Below the pieces are notes generated by a model that was given only the letters and a program-made list of their open reading frames with translations, did not search any database and was not told the DNA's origin. A stretch of DNA of 64,000 bases. Source: Bacilli bacterium. Its GTDB lineage: Bacteria > Bacillota_I > Bacilli_A > RF39 > UBA660. Position 1 is the stretch's first letter; every line of letters starts with the position of its first letter. The position numbers and the translations under genes are program-made. Location of the stretch: positions 4,877 through 68,876 of the forward strand of contig JBJEXX010000016.1 in NCBI GenBank assembly GCA_051886215.1. Direction: 5' to 3'. Of the stretch, positions 46,828 through 57,267 are shown in pieces.

Positions 46828-47893
46828 TTTTACAGTGGGTCCTGTTCAATCAAGTGAATTGGTAAATAATATTGGTAGTGAACAAGTTCCTTATTTTAGA
46901 ACAGAAGAGTTTTCAAATTTAATGCTTGAAAATGAACGATTAATGAAAAAATTTGTTAAATCTGAAGAAGATGCGAGAGTTGTTTTTATTACTGGATCTG
47001 GTACTGCTTCAATGGAAGCAACAGTAATAAATACACTAAATGAAAATGATAGAGCTTTGATTGTTAATGGTGGAAGTTTTGGCGCTAGATTTGTTGAATT
47101 ATGTAGAATTCATAATATTCCTTATGATGATATTAAACTAGATTTAGGTTGCCCATTGACTAAAGAAATATTAAGCAATTATGATGGGAAAAAATATACG
47201 GCTTTTTTAGTTAATTTAGATGAAACTTCAACGGGAGTATTATATGATTTAGATATTATTAGCGAATTTTGTCAGAAAAATAATATATTCTTAATAGTAG
47301 ATGCAATTAGCGCATTTCTTGCTGATGAAATTAATATGGCTGATAAAAAAATAGATGTTTTAATAACTGGATCACAGAAAGCACTCGCTTGTCCTCCTGG
47401 TATTTCTATTATTGTTTTATCGAATAATGCTTTAGATAGAGTTAGTAGAATTGATTCTAAGAGTATGTATTTTGATTTGAAGAGTGCATTGAAAAATGGA
47501 GAAAGAGGACAAACTCCATTTACACCAGCTGTTGGAATATTAAGACAAATAAATGCAAGATTAAATGATATAGATCAAAATGGTGGAGTAGATAAGGAAG
47601 TAGAAAAAACTCATGAGCTAGCATTATATTTTAGAGAAAAAATAAAAAATTTGCCACTAAAAATGGTAACAGTTTCACCGACAAATGCAGTTACAAGTTT
47701 ATATTCTTTGAATAATAGAGCCTATGATACATTTTTGTATTTGAAAGATAATTGTAATATTTGGATTTGTCCTAATGGAGGAGACCTAAAAGATAAAGTA
47801 TTTAGAGTTGGACATATAGGATGTTTAACTAAGAAACATTATGATTATCTAATAGAAAAATTAAATGAATTAAATAATAAAGGATTGTTATAA
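46811..47893 (+). CDS. Class V pyridoxal-phosphate-dependent aminotransferase
   Basis: ...VVFITGSGTASMEATVINTL...DAISAF...TGSQKAL... (PLP-lysine region), similar to serine-pyruvate/AEP-type transaminases. Confidence 0.7.
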   Translation: MKKMINFTVGPVQSSELVNNIGSEQVPYFRTEEFSNLMLENERLMKKFVKSEEDARVVFITGSGTASMEATVINTLNENDRALIVNGGSFGARFVELCRIHNIPYDDIKLDLGCPLTKEILSNYDGKKYTAFLVNLDETSTGVLYDLDIISEFCQKNNIFLIVDAISAFLADEINMADKKIDVLITGSQKALACPPGISIIVLSNNALDRVSRIDSKSMYFDLKSALKNGERGQTPFTPAVGILRQINARLNDIDQNGGVDKEVEKTHELALYFREKIKNLPLKMVTVSPTNAVTSLYSLNNRAYDTFLYLKDNCNIWICPNGGDLKDKVFRVGHIGCLTKKHYDYLIEKLNELNNKGLL

Positions 47894-47894
47894 T

Positions 47895-49235
47895 ATGAAA
47901 AAAGTAATTACATACGGCACATATGATTTATTGCATCATGGTCATATAAGATTATTAGAAAGAGCAAAGCAATTGGGTGATTATTTGATAGTTGGAGTTA
48001 CATCTGAAGATTTTGATAAAAAAAGAGGTAAAATTAATGTACAACAATCATTAATGGAGCGTGTTAAAGCAGTAAAAGAAACGGGATTAGCAGATGAAAT
48101 AATTATTGAAGAATACGAAGGACAAAAAATAGATGATATAATTAAGTACGGAATTGATGTATTTACAGTGGGTTCTGATTGGAAAGGATATTTTGATTAT
48201 TTAAGCGAATATTGTGAAGTGATTTATTTAGATAGAACAAAAGGTATTTCAAGCACTGAACTTAGGAGTTCTGTTAAGCCTTTAAGCATAGGAGCCTTAG
48301 GATATTCATCTTTAATAAAAAAGATCATAAAAGAAATATCTTATGTTAATGGAGTTGAGATTACTCATATCTTATCAAATGATAAATCTCTTAAAAAGAA
48401 TTTAAAAGGAAATATAAAATTTTCTAAAACGTATGGTGATTTGCTAAAAAGTGTTGATGCTGTATATGTCGCAGAAAATCCCAAAAATCATTATGAGATA
48501 ATTAAAAAAGCTTTATTAAATAAAAAACATGTTTTATATGAATCTCCATTAGTTTTATCAAGAAAAGAATGTGATGAACTATTTACTATAGCCAAAAAAA
48601 ATAATCTAGTACTTATGGAAGCAATTAAAACATTATATTCTCAGGCTTATAACAGATTAATATTGCTTGCTAAATCAGGAACTATTGGAAAAGTTGTTTC
48701 GGTAGACGTGACTTGTACAAGTTTAAAACAATTAAATGAAATAGGTTATGAAAATATAACTGATTATCAAAATAGTATTTGTGCTTGGGGTCCTATAGCA
48801 CTTCTTCCTATATTACATTTATTAGGAACAAACTACGAATCTAAAAAAATTGAGTCATTTTATTTGGATAAAAATTCAGATTTTGATTTATTTACAAAAA
48901 TTAATTTTTCTTATGAAAAAGCAGTAGCATCAATAAAAGTAGGTAAGGGTGTTAAATCAGAAGGAGAATTAATAATATCGGGAACAAAGGGATATATATA
49001 CGTTCCTTCTCCATGGTGGAAAACTGATTATTTTGAAATAAGATATGAAGATCAAAATGATACTAAAAGATATTTTTATAATCTTGATGGTGAAGGTATT
49101 AGAAATGAATTAGTTACTTTTAGTAAGACTATTAAAAGTGGGCAACCTAATTATTTAATAGATAATAAAATATCTAAAGCAATTGTTTCTGTTATTGAAG
49201 ATTGTTATAGAAATAAAGATAAAAAAGAATTGTAG
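47895..49235 (+). CDS. Fusion protein: N-terminal glycerol-3-phosphate-cytidylyltransferase-like domain + C-terminal Gfo/Idh/MocA-type oxidoreductase
   Basis: GTYDLLHHGHIRLL (HxGH) and RTKGISSTELR (RTxGISTT) are TagD-family motifs. The C-terminal half has Gfo/Idh/MocA-like blocks (AVYVAENPKNHYEIIKKALLNKKHVLYESP). Confidence 0.65.
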   Translation: MKKVITYGTYDLLHHGHIRLLERAKQLGDYLIVGVTSEDFDKKRGKINVQQSLMERVKAVKETGLADEIIIEEYEGQKIDDIIKYGIDVFTVGSDWKGYFDYLSEYCEVIYLDRTKGISSTELRSSVKPLSIGALGYSSLIKKIIKEISYVNGVEITHILSNDKSLKKNLKGNIKFSKTYGDLLKSVDAVYVAENPKNHYEIIKKALLNKKHVLYESPLVLSRKECDELFTIAKKNNLVLMEAIKTLYSQAYNRLILLAKSGTIGKVVSVDVTCTSLKQLNEIGYENITDYQNSICAWGPIALLPILHLLGTNYESKKIESFYLDKNSDFDLFTKINFSYEKAVASIKVGKGVKSEGELIISGTKGYIYVPSPWWKTDYFEIRYEDQNDTKRYFYNLDGEGIRNELVTFSKTIKSGQPNYLIDNKISKAIVSVIEDCYRNKDKKEL

Positions 49236-49243
49236 GAGAACTT

Positions 49244-50131
49244 ATGAAAGAAAACAAGAAAAAAGAATTATCTAAAGAACAATTTAGAAAGATGCAATTA
49301 GTACAATTAGATATGTTGGTTGATTTTGATAGAGTATGTCGTAAAAATAAAATTAATTATGTAATATTTGGTGGTACTATGCTTGGTGCTATTCGTCATA
49401 AGGGGTATATACCATGGGATGATGATGCGGATATTGCAATGTTGAGAGAAGATTATGAAAAATTTAAAAAACATATGAATGAATTAGATTCTAATATTTG
49501 TTATTTTCAGGATAATACAACTGATCCATATTATAGATGGGGATATGGTAAATTGAGAAGAACTGGTACAAAATACGTAAGAGTAGGACAGGAACACTTA
49601 AAATCTAAAAATGGGATATTTATAGATGTTTTTCCTATGGATGATATCCCTAAAAGTATATTTTTTCAAATTATTCAAGATGTTAAATGTTTTTGCTTAA
49701 GAAAAATATTATGGTCTGAAGTTGCAAAAGTAAATTCTAAAGGTTTTATGAAATTGTTTTATAATTTATTATCAAAAATACGTACAGAAAAAGTATATAG
49801 AATAGTTAGTAAAATGACTTCTAAAAGTAGTAATTTAAGCCCTAATAGAGTAAGAACACTTCTATTTCCTGCAACAGGTACTTTATATAAAAAGAACCCT
49901 TTAAAGGAAAGATATGGAATGCCTAAAGAGTGGTTTATTGAAAGAAAACAGTATAATTTTGAAAATGTAAAATTATATGGAACAAAAGATTATGATACAA
50001 TTTTAAAATATATTTATGGAGATTATATGAAACTTCCTGATGAAGATAAGAGGGAGCCACATTCTCCATTTTCAGAAATATCATTTCCTAAAAATTATAG
50101 AGGTGGAAAAAATGATAAAAAAAATAACTAA
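49244..50131 (+). CDS. licD: LicD-family phosphotransferase (paralog 2)
   Basis: INYVIFGGTMLGAIRHKGYIPWDDDADIAM and GIFIDVFPMDD. Confidence 0.65.
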   Translation: MKENKKKELSKEQFRKMQLVQLDMLVDFDRVCRKNKINYVIFGGTMLGAIRHKGYIPWDDDADIAMLREDYEKFKKHMNELDSNICYFQDNTTDPYYRWGYGKLRRTGTKYVRVGQEHLKSKNGIFIDVFPMDDIPKSIFFQIIQDVKCFCLRKILWSEVAKVNSKGFMKLFYNLLSKIRTEKVYRIVSKMTSKSSNLSPNRVRTLLFPATGTLYKKNPLKERYGMPKEWFIERKQYNFENVKLYGTKDYDTILKYIYGDYMKLPDEDKREPHSPFSEISFPKNYRGGKNDKKNN

Positions 50132-50903
50132 AGAATCAAATGAATTAGTAGATTATATAGGTGATAATTATTCTAAGTGTTTATATTTATATTTAGATTA
50201 TGTTAAGTATGGATTGACGAATGAAAACATTAATTTTTGGACTCAATATAATAAAAATGATGAAATTATTTCTATAATATTAATGTATTATAATGGTATG
50301 CATATTTATTCTAAAAATAAAGATATAAAGTATGATGAAATAGTTGATTTGATAAATGAACAAAAACCTTCTGTAATATGTGCAGAGAAATTTATTATTA
50401 AAAATTTAAGTCCATTGTTTAAAGATTATGAAGTAGAATACGGGAATGTGAGAGAATTAAATAAAATAGACATTTCATTTGATAGTAACGAGGTAATAAT
50501 AGATATTTCTCAAAATGATTTAGAAAATATTACTAAATTAATATTGAGCGATGAAATGGGAAATGGATATACTTATGATAATTTATTAGAACAAATAATA
50601 ACTAGAAGAAAAGAAAAATATGGAAGAAATTATATTTTAAAAAGTGATGGTATTATAGTGGCACATGCTGGTACTGGTGCAGAAGATGATAAAGTAGCTA
50701 TTGTGAATTATGTAATTACTAAAAAAGAATATAGAGGGAAGGGTTACGCTAAAAAATTAGTTGGGAAATTATGTTTTGATTTAATAAATGAAGGAAAACG
50801 TATTTTTTTAATTAATTATTCGCAAGAATCAACTATTTTATATGATAAACTAGGATTTATGGCAGTTGAAGAGATAGGAAAACTAAATAAAGTAAATAAA
50901 TAA
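50112..50903 (+). CDS. GNAT-family N-acetyltransferase
   Basis: C-terminal ...IVAHAGTGAEDDKVAIVNYVITKKEYRGKGYAKKLVGKLCFDLINEGKRIFL. RBS AGGTGG 5 nt before the ATG at 50112. Overlaps the LicD gene by 20 nt. Confidence 0.5.
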   Translation: MIKKITKESNELVDYIGDNYSKCLYLYLDYVKYGLTNENINFWTQYNKNDEIISIILMYYNGMHIYSKNKDIKYDEIVDLINEQKPSVICAEKFIIKNLSPLFKDYEVEYGNVRELNKIDISFDSNEVIIDISQNDLENITKLILSDEMGNGYTYDNLLEQIITRRKEKYGRNYILKSDGIIVAHAGTGAEDDKVAIVNYVITKKEYRGKGYAKKLVGKLCFDLINEGKRIFLINYSQESTILYDKLGFMAVEEIGKLNKVNK

Positions 50904-51045
50904 TATATATACAAATATTCAGGATGTTTATATGAAAAAATGTAATATATTATTATCGTTTATATATAATTTAAATTGTGATTTTGGGTTTGATAATTAA
51001 TAAAAAAAATAGTAAAATATATATTGTGTAAAATTAGGTGATATT

Positions 51046-53646
51046 ATGAAACGAACTCATATAAAAATATTATTATTTATTTTATTTATATCAGCGTTAT
51101 TTTTTTCAACTAACTATAAAGTTAGCGCAATTAATGATGTTAGTGTAAGTTATAGTACGCATATACAAAATATCGGATGGCAAAATTATAGAAGAGATGG
51201 TGCTACAAGTGGAACAAGTGGGAAGTCTCTTAGGTTGGAAGGAATTAAGATAGTTTTATCTAATTCATTATATACAGGAGGCATAGAATACAAAACTCAT
51301 ATACAAAATATTGGATGGGAAAATTCTTGGAAAAATGATGGAAAAATGGCTGGTACTAGTGGAAAGTCTCTTAGACTTGAAGCAATAAAAATAAAATTAT
51401 ATGGTAAAATATCTGATTATTATGATGTATATTATAGAGTGCATGTTCAAAACTTTGGATGGTTAGGCTGGGCTAAAAATGGTGAAAATGCTGGTACTGC
51501 GGGATATGCTTATAGACTAGAAGCAATTGAAATAAAATTGGTCAAAAAAGGTGAAAATCCACCAATGTCTTCATCAGATTCATATATTCAAAGGTATGTA
51601 TCATATCAGACGCATATTCAAAATGTTGGATGGCAAGTAAATAAATATGATGGTGGTACTAGTGGAACAAGTGAAAAATCATTAAGATTGGAAGCAATAA
51701 AAATAAAGTTATCAAATCAAGAATATTCTGGAAATATAGAATATCAAACTCATATTCAAAACATTGGATGGGAATCATCTTGGAAAAAAAATGGTGAAAT
51801 GAGTGGAACAAGTGGAAAATCATTAAGATTGGAAGCAATAAGAATAAAACTAACAGGGGAAATGTCTGAATATTATGATGTATATTATAGGGTACATGCT
51901 CAAAACTTTGGATGGCTTGGATGGGCTAAAAATGGAGACCCTGCTGGAACTCAAAGTTATGCATATAGACTTGAGGCAATAGAAATTAAATTAGTAAAAA
52001 AAGGTGAAGATGGGCCTTATAGTACTATAAAGCCATTTTATAAAAAATTAATTTCATATCAAAGTTATATATCTGGTAAAGGCTATTCTTCATTTACTCA
52101 AGATGGTAAAACATCTGGAGTTATTGGTAATAGATTAGAAGGTTTTAAAATAAAAATGGTTCAGACTGATTATAAAGGATTATTGCAGTATTCTTCTTAT
52201 GTAGAAAATGAAGGTTGGCAAGATTACGTAAGTGAAAATAATTTTAGTGGAACAATTGGTCAAAATAAAAAAATCGAAGCTATAAAGGTTAATTTAATCG
52301 GAGATGTTTGTAATTATTATGATTTATATTATAGAGTATTTATTTCTAATATAGGGTGGCTAAGTTGGACTTCAAATGATAAACAAACAGGTAATATTGG
52401 ATTTGGAAATAGAATAGAAGCTATAGAAGTTAAGCTTGTAGAAAAGAATGAAATTGTTGAAATTGATGAAAATAATATATATAAAGAAAATGATTTAAAA
52501 GTAATGTATTCTTCATATATTCAAAACTCAACATGGCAACAAGAGGTTGAAAATGAAGAAATTAGTGGAACTACAGGTCTATCAAAAAGAATAGAAGCTA
52601 TTAAAATTTCTTTAAATAAAAAGACAATTAAAGGAAATATAGAATATAGTACACACTTGTCCAATATAGGATGGACTTCTTTTGTAAAAGATGGAATTGC
52701 TTCAAATAGTACTAATAATAGAATAGAAGCTATCAAAATAAAATTAACTGGAGATATAGAACAGCATTATGATATTTATTATAGAGTACATGTATCTAAT
52801 ATAGGATGGATGGGTTGGACAAAAAATGGAGAACCTGCAGGTACCACTGGGGAAGCAAGAACTATCGAAGCTTATCAGATATCATTAGTAAAAAAAGGAG
52901 AAGAATTTCTTGGAGATACTACTAATTCCTATTTAGAGGCAAAGTGGATTACAGAAGCTGATGGTAATAGATATTTTTATAATATATATGGTACAAAAGT
53001 AACAGGAGACTATATTATTAATGGAAAAACATATTATTTTGGTCCAACCGGGATATATTTAGGAAATTCCAAATTAAAAGTAATAGATGTTTCTTCTTAT
53101 CAAGGGAATATTGATTGGTCTAGAGTTGCTAGTAGTGGAATTTATGGAGTTATTTTAAGACTAACTACGTCTTGCAATCCTAGATACGAAGATTCTAAAT
53201 TTTCAACTTATATAGAAGAAGTTAAGAAATATAATATACCATATGGTATATATGTATATAGCTACGCAACAAGTTATTCAGATGGGCAATGTTATGGAAG
53301 TTATACTAAAGATTTGATATCAAAATATAAATTAAATCCAATTTTAGGAATATATTTTGATATGGAAGAAACGATAGAAAACGGCAAGACAATAACTACT
53401 GCTCAATATACAGATGCATTTAATGGATTTAAATCATATATAAATAATGCTAAAATTTATACATATTTAAATCTAGCCAATGGTGCCATGAATACTGAAT
53501 ATTTAAGAAGTTATATAACTTGGATAGCTCAGTGGGATGTATCTAAAACTAGTTATACTGGAAACTATGATATGTGGCAGTATTCATCTAAAGGACAAAT
53601 ACCAGGTATAATTGGTAATGTAGATATGAATTATTTATATAAATAG
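51046..53646 (+). CDS. Secreted GH25 muramidase (lysozyme) with about 12 ChW (clostridial hydrophobic W) repeats
   Basis: Signal peptide. Repeats of the form Y.THIQNIGWQ/E....G..SGTSGKSLRLEAIKIKL. C-terminal GH25 core: KVIDVSSYQGNIDWSRVASSGIYGVILRL...YGIYVYSYA. Confidence 0.7.
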   Translation: MKRTHIKILLFILFISALFFSTNYKVSAINDVSVSYSTHIQNIGWQNYRRDGATSGTSGKSLRLEGIKIVLSNSLYTGGIEYKTHIQNIGWENSWKNDGKMAGTSGKSLRLEAIKIKLYGKISDYYDVYYRVHVQNFGWLGWAKNGENAGTAGYAYRLEAIEIKLVKKGENPPMSSSDSYIQRYVSYQTHIQNVGWQVNKYDGGTSGTSEKSLRLEAIKIKLSNQEYSGNIEYQTHIQNIGWESSWKKNGEMSGTSGKSLRLEAIRIKLTGEMSEYYDVYYRVHAQNFGWLGWAKNGDPAGTQSYAYRLEAIEIKLVKKGEDGPYSTIKPFYKKLISYQSYISGKGYSSFTQDGKTSGVIGNRLEGFKIKMVQTDYKGLLQYSSYVENEGWQDYVSENNFSGTIGQNKKIEAIKVNLIGDVCNYYDLYYRVFISNIGWLSWTSNDKQTGNIGFGNRIEAIEVKLVEKNEIVEIDENNIYKENDLKVMYSSYIQNSTWQQEVENEEISGTTGLSKRIEAIKISLNKKTIKGNIEYSTHLSNIGWTSFVKDGIASNSTNNRIEAIKIKLTGDIEQHYDIYYRVHVSNIGWMGWTKNGEPAGTTGEARTIEAYQISLVKKGEEFLGDTTNSYLEAKWITEADGNRYFYNIYGTKVTGDYIINGKTYYFGPTGIYLGNSKLKVIDVSSYQGNIDWSRVASSGIYGVILRLTTSCNPRYEDSKFSTYIEEVKKYNIPYGIYVYSYATSYSDGQCYGSYTKDLISKYKLNPILGIYFDMEETIENGKTITTAQYTDAFNGFKSYINNAKIYTYLNLANGAMNTEYLRSYITWIAQWDVSKTSYTGNYDMWQYSSKGQIPGIIGNVDMNYLYK

Positions 53647-53668
53647 AGGCTTTGAAAGCCTTTTTTTA
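53646..53668 (+). terminator. Rho-independent terminator
   Basis: aggcttt-g-aaagcct hairpin followed by T7. Confidence 0.6.
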
Positions 53669-53721
53669 TATTTCTTTTGTAATTTATAAATATATGTTAT
53701 AATGATATTGGAGGTTATATA

Positions 53722-54606
53722 ATGAAAGGAATTATATTAGCTGGAGGGTCTGGAACTAGACTTTATCCAATTACAAAAGGTATTAGTAAACAATTAATGC
53801 CAATTTATGATAAACCTATGATTTATTATCCGCTTGCAACTTTAATGCAAGCAGGAATAAAGGAAATATTGGTCATTACTACTCCTGAAGATCAACCGGG
53901 TTTTAAAAGATTATTAAAGGATGGAAGTGATTTCGGGATAGAAATCAGTTATGTTGTACAACCATCACCAGATGGCCTTGCACAAGCTTTTATCTTAGGA
54001 GAAGAATTTATTGGAGATGATTCATGTGCTATGGTTCTTGGGGATAACATTTTCTTTGGTAATGGATTCGAAAAGCTTTTAGAAAACGCAAAAGAAAGTG
54101 CAGATGAAGGTAATGCTACAATATTCGGTTTCCAAGTTCATGATCCAGAAAGATTTGGAATTATGGAAATTGATAAAGATAATAATGTATTATCTGTTGA
54201 AGAAAAACCACAAAAACCAAAATCTGATTATGCTATTACAGGATTATATTTTTATCCTAAGGGAGTAACAAAAAAAGCAAAAGAAGTTAAACCTTCTGCA
54301 AGAGGTGAACTTGAAATTACTACATTAAATGATATGTACTTAAAAGATGGGGTATTAAAAGCTGAATTATTAGGAGAGGGATATACTTGGTTTGATACAG
54401 GTACTTTTGAATCTATGATGGAAGCTGCTGACTTGATTAGATCTATTGAGAAAAATAGTGGAAAAGTTATTAGTAGTCCTGAAGCTATTTCATTTAAAAA
54501 AGGATGGTTATCAAAAGAAAAAATGAAAGAAGTTGGAGAACTTCATAAAAAGAATACTTATGGGGAATATTTATTAAAACTATTAGAAAAAGAAGGTGTA
54601 AAATAA
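53722..54606 (+). CDS. rmlA: Glucose-1-phosphate thymidylyltransferase
   Basis: [18 protein letters not shown]...[16 protein letters not shown]... is the canonical RmlA N-terminus. Confidence 0.9.
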   Translation: MKGIILAGGSGTRLYPITKGISKQLMPIYDKPMIYYPLATLMQAGIKEILVITTPEDQPGFKRLLKDGSDFGIEISYVVQPSPDGLAQAFILGEEFIGDDSCAMVLGDNIFFGNGFEKLLENAKESADEGNATIFGFQVHDPERFGIMEIDKDNNVLSVEEKPQKPKSDYAITGLYFYPKGVTKKAKEVKPSARGELEITTLNDMYLKDGVLKAELLGEGYTWFDTGTFESMMEAADLIRSIEKNSGKVISSPEAISFKKGWLSKEKMKEVGELHKKNTYGEYLLKLLEKEGVK

Positions 54607-55217
54607 TGATACAAATTAATAAGAAAGAAACAAATTTAAAAGATTGTTATGTATTAACTCCAACTGCTTATGGAGATGATAGAGGATATTTTTGCCCTTT
54701 CTTTAAACAAGAAGATTTAGAAGAATTAGGAATTAAATTTGAAGGAGTTGTACAAGCAAATCGCTCAAAAAGCTCAAAAGGAGTTGTACGTGGACTTCAC
54801 TTTCAAAAAAATCCAAAATGTCAGGCTAAAATAGTTGAAGTTGTATCAGGCTCTGCAATTGATGTTGTTGTTGATATTAGAGAAGGATCTCCAACATATG
54901 GTCAATATACAACATTATTATTAAAACCGTTTTCAAAAGATGATCCAGAAAGTGGTAAACAGTTATTTGTTCCTCGTGGTTTTGCGCATGGTTTTATTAG
55001 TTTAGAAGATGATACAGTATTTCAATATTTAATTGATAATGATTATTCTAATGAACATGAAGGTGGAATTTTATGGAATGATAAAGAACTAAATATTCCT
55101 TGGGAAGAAATGTTTGAAAAATATGGTATTACGGAACCAAACTTATCTGATAAAGATCAAAAACATTTAGTACTTTCTAAAAGTCCAAAATATTTTACTT
55201 ATAAGGAGAATAAATAA
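54606..55217 (+). CDS. rmlC: dTDP-4-dehydrorhamnose 3,5-epimerase
   Basis: DDRGYF...RGLHFQ...AKIVEVVSGSAIDVVVDIR...GFAHGF (cupin, RmlC motifs). Confidence 0.85.
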   Translation: MIQINKKETNLKDCYVLTPTAYGDDRGYFCPFFKQEDLEELGIKFEGVVQANRSKSSKGVVRGLHFQKNPKCQAKIVEVVSGSAIDVVVDIREGSPTYGQYTTLLLKPFSKDDPESGKQLFVPRGFAHGFISLEDDTVFQYLIDNDYSNEHEGGILWNDKELNIPWEEMFEKYGITEPNLSDKDQKHLVLSKSPKYFTYKENK

Positions 55218-56179
55218 TGAGATATTTTATAACAGGATATAAAGGACAATTAGGTTATGACTTAGCAAGAGAACTTATAAAAAGAAATGAATTGGATATA
55301 ATTATTTCAGATAGAGGTAATTTAGAAGAAGGAATAAATGATAGGGCTATAGAATTAAAAAACAAGCATAATTTATCATTTTATCCTTTAGATATTACTG
55401 ATAAAGAAGCAGTTGATAAATTAATTACAGAAGTTAAACCAGATGTTATATTACATTGTGCTGCATGGACTGCTGTTGATATCGCTGAAGATATGTATGA
55501 TAAAGTTTATGATGTTAATGTTGTAGGTACTGAAAACTTAGTAGAAGCAGCAAGAAACAATGGTTCTAAAATTGTGTATATTTCAAGTGATTATGTATTT
55601 GATGGTACAAAGGATGGAATCTATACAGAAGAAGATGAAGTAAATCCTTTAAGCGTCTATGGAAAAACTAAATATTTAGGTGAAGAAATGACACGTAAAT
55701 ATGATAAACATTTCATTGTAAGAATTTCATGGGTATATGGTATTAATGGTAAAAATTTTGTTAAAACGATGTTGAATTTATCTGAAACTAAAGATGAGCT
55801 AGGTGTAGTATGTGATCAAATTGGATCTCCTACTTATACTCCTGATGTATCTAGATTACTAATCGATATGGTTCAAACTGATAAATATGGAACTTATAAT
55901 GGTACAAATGAAAACTATTGTAGTTGGGCTGATTTTGCTAGAAAAATATTTGAAATAAATAATTGTAATGTTAAAGTAAATGATGTGTTAACAAAGGACT
56001 ATGTTACAAATGCAACAAGACCATTAAATTCTAAATTATCAAAGGAAAAATTAGTTAAGAACGGATTTCAATTATTGCCAACTTGGGAAGATGCTTTAAA
56101 TAGGTATTGTGATGAATTAATTGAAGAAAATCAAGAAGTTGGTAAAATAATTATAAAAAATAGGGAAGGAATGAAGTAA
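55217..56179 (+). CDS. rmlD: dTDP-4-dehydrorhamnose reductase
   Basis: ILHCAAWTAVD...YISSDYVFDG...YGKTK (SDR YxxxK) plus an RmlD-type C-terminus. Confidence 0.85.
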   Translation: MRYFITGYKGQLGYDLARELIKRNELDIIISDRGNLEEGINDRAIELKNKHNLSFYPLDITDKEAVDKLITEVKPDVILHCAAWTAVDIAEDMYDKVYDVNVVGTENLVEAARNNGSKIVYISSDYVFDGTKDGIYTEEDEVNPLSVYGKTKYLGEEMTRKYDKHFIVRISWVYGINGKNFVKTMLNLSETKDELGVVCDQIGSPTYTPDVSRLLIDMVQTDKYGTYNGTNENYCSWADFARKIFEINNCNVKVNDVLTKDYVTNATRPLNSKLSKEKLVKNGFQLLPTWEDALNRYCDELIEENQEVGKIIIKNREGMK

Positions 56180-56180
56180 T

Positions 56181-57206
56181 ATGAAATTTTTAGTAACTGG
56201 GGGAGCAGGTTTTATAGGGAGTAATTATTTACATTATGTAGTTAATAAATATCCAGAAGATACATTTGTATGTTTGGATGCATTAACGTATGCAGGTAAT
56301 TATAATAATATAAAATCTTTAGAAGGTAAACCTAATTACAAATTTGTTAAAATGGATATCCGTGATAAAGAAGGAATTTTTAAATTGTTTAAAGAAGAAA
56401 AATTTGATGTAGTAATTAATTTTGCTGCTGAAAGTCATGTGGATAATTCAATTAAAAATCCTAATATTTTCGCAGAAACAAACATTTTAGGCACTATGAA
56501 TTTATTGAATGCAACAAAAATGATGAGAGACGAAGAAGGTTATGAAATAGTAAGATATCATCAAGTATCCACTGATGAAGTTTATGGAGATTTACCACTT
56601 GATAGACCAGATTTATTATTTACAGAAAATACTCCTATTCATACATCTAGTCCTTACTCATCAAGTAAGGCAAGCGCAGATTTATTTGTTTTAGCGTATG
56701 CAAGAACATTTAAATTACCTGTAACTATATCTAGATGTTCTAATAATTATGGACCATATCAATTTCCAGAAAAATTAATTCCAGTTGTTATTTCAAAAGC
56801 TTTAAAAGATGAACCAATTCCTGTTTATGGAAAAGGTGAAAATGTTCGTGATTGGATTCATGTGCATGATCATAATGTTGGAGTTGATTTAATAGTCAGA
56901 AATGGACGTGTTGGAGAAGTTTATAATTTAGGAGGACATTCTGAAAAAACTAACTTAGAAGTAGTAAAAACTATTTTAAAACAAATGGGGAAACCGGAAA
57001 GTTTAATTACATATGTAACTGATAGACCGGGACATGATTTAAGATATGCCATTGATTCTACTAAATCTGAAAATGAATTAGGCTGGGATAGAACATATAC
57101 ATTTGAAACAGGTATGAAGGAAACTATAGATTGGTATTTAAATAATACTGAATGGATTGATGATATTAAGTCAGGTGCATACAAAGATAGTTATAAAGAA
57201 AATTAA
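56181..57206 (+). CDS. rmlB: dTDP-glucose 4,6-dehydratase
   Basis: MKFLVTGGAGFIGSNY...INFAAESHVDNSI...YSSSKASADL... is the canonical RmlB sequence. Confidence 0.9.
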   Translation: MKFLVTGGAGFIGSNYLHYVVNKYPEDTFVCLDALTYAGNYNNIKSLEGKPNYKFVKMDIRDKEGIFKLFKEEKFDVVINFAAESHVDNSIKNPNIFAETNILGTMNLLNATKMMRDEEGYEIVRYHQVSTDEVYGDLPLDRPDLLFTENTPIHTSSPYSSSKASADLFVLAYARTFKLPVTISRCSNNYGPYQFPEKLIPVVISKALKDEPIPVYGKGENVRDWIHVHDHNVGVDLIVRNGRVGEVYNLGGHSEKTNLEVVKTILKQMGKPESLITYVTDRPGHDLRYAIDSTKSENELGWDRTYTFETGMKETIDWYLNNTEWIDDIKSGAYKDSYKEN

Positions 57207-57222
57207 TAATAATTAGAAAAGC

Positions 57223-57250
57223 AAACAAATTATAGTTTGTTTTTTGTTTT
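57223..57250 (+). terminator. Rho-independent terminator after rmlB
   Basis: aaacaaa/tttgttt stem followed by a T-run. Confidence 0.55.
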
Positions 57251-57267
57251 TTTTGTCGAAAAATGTA

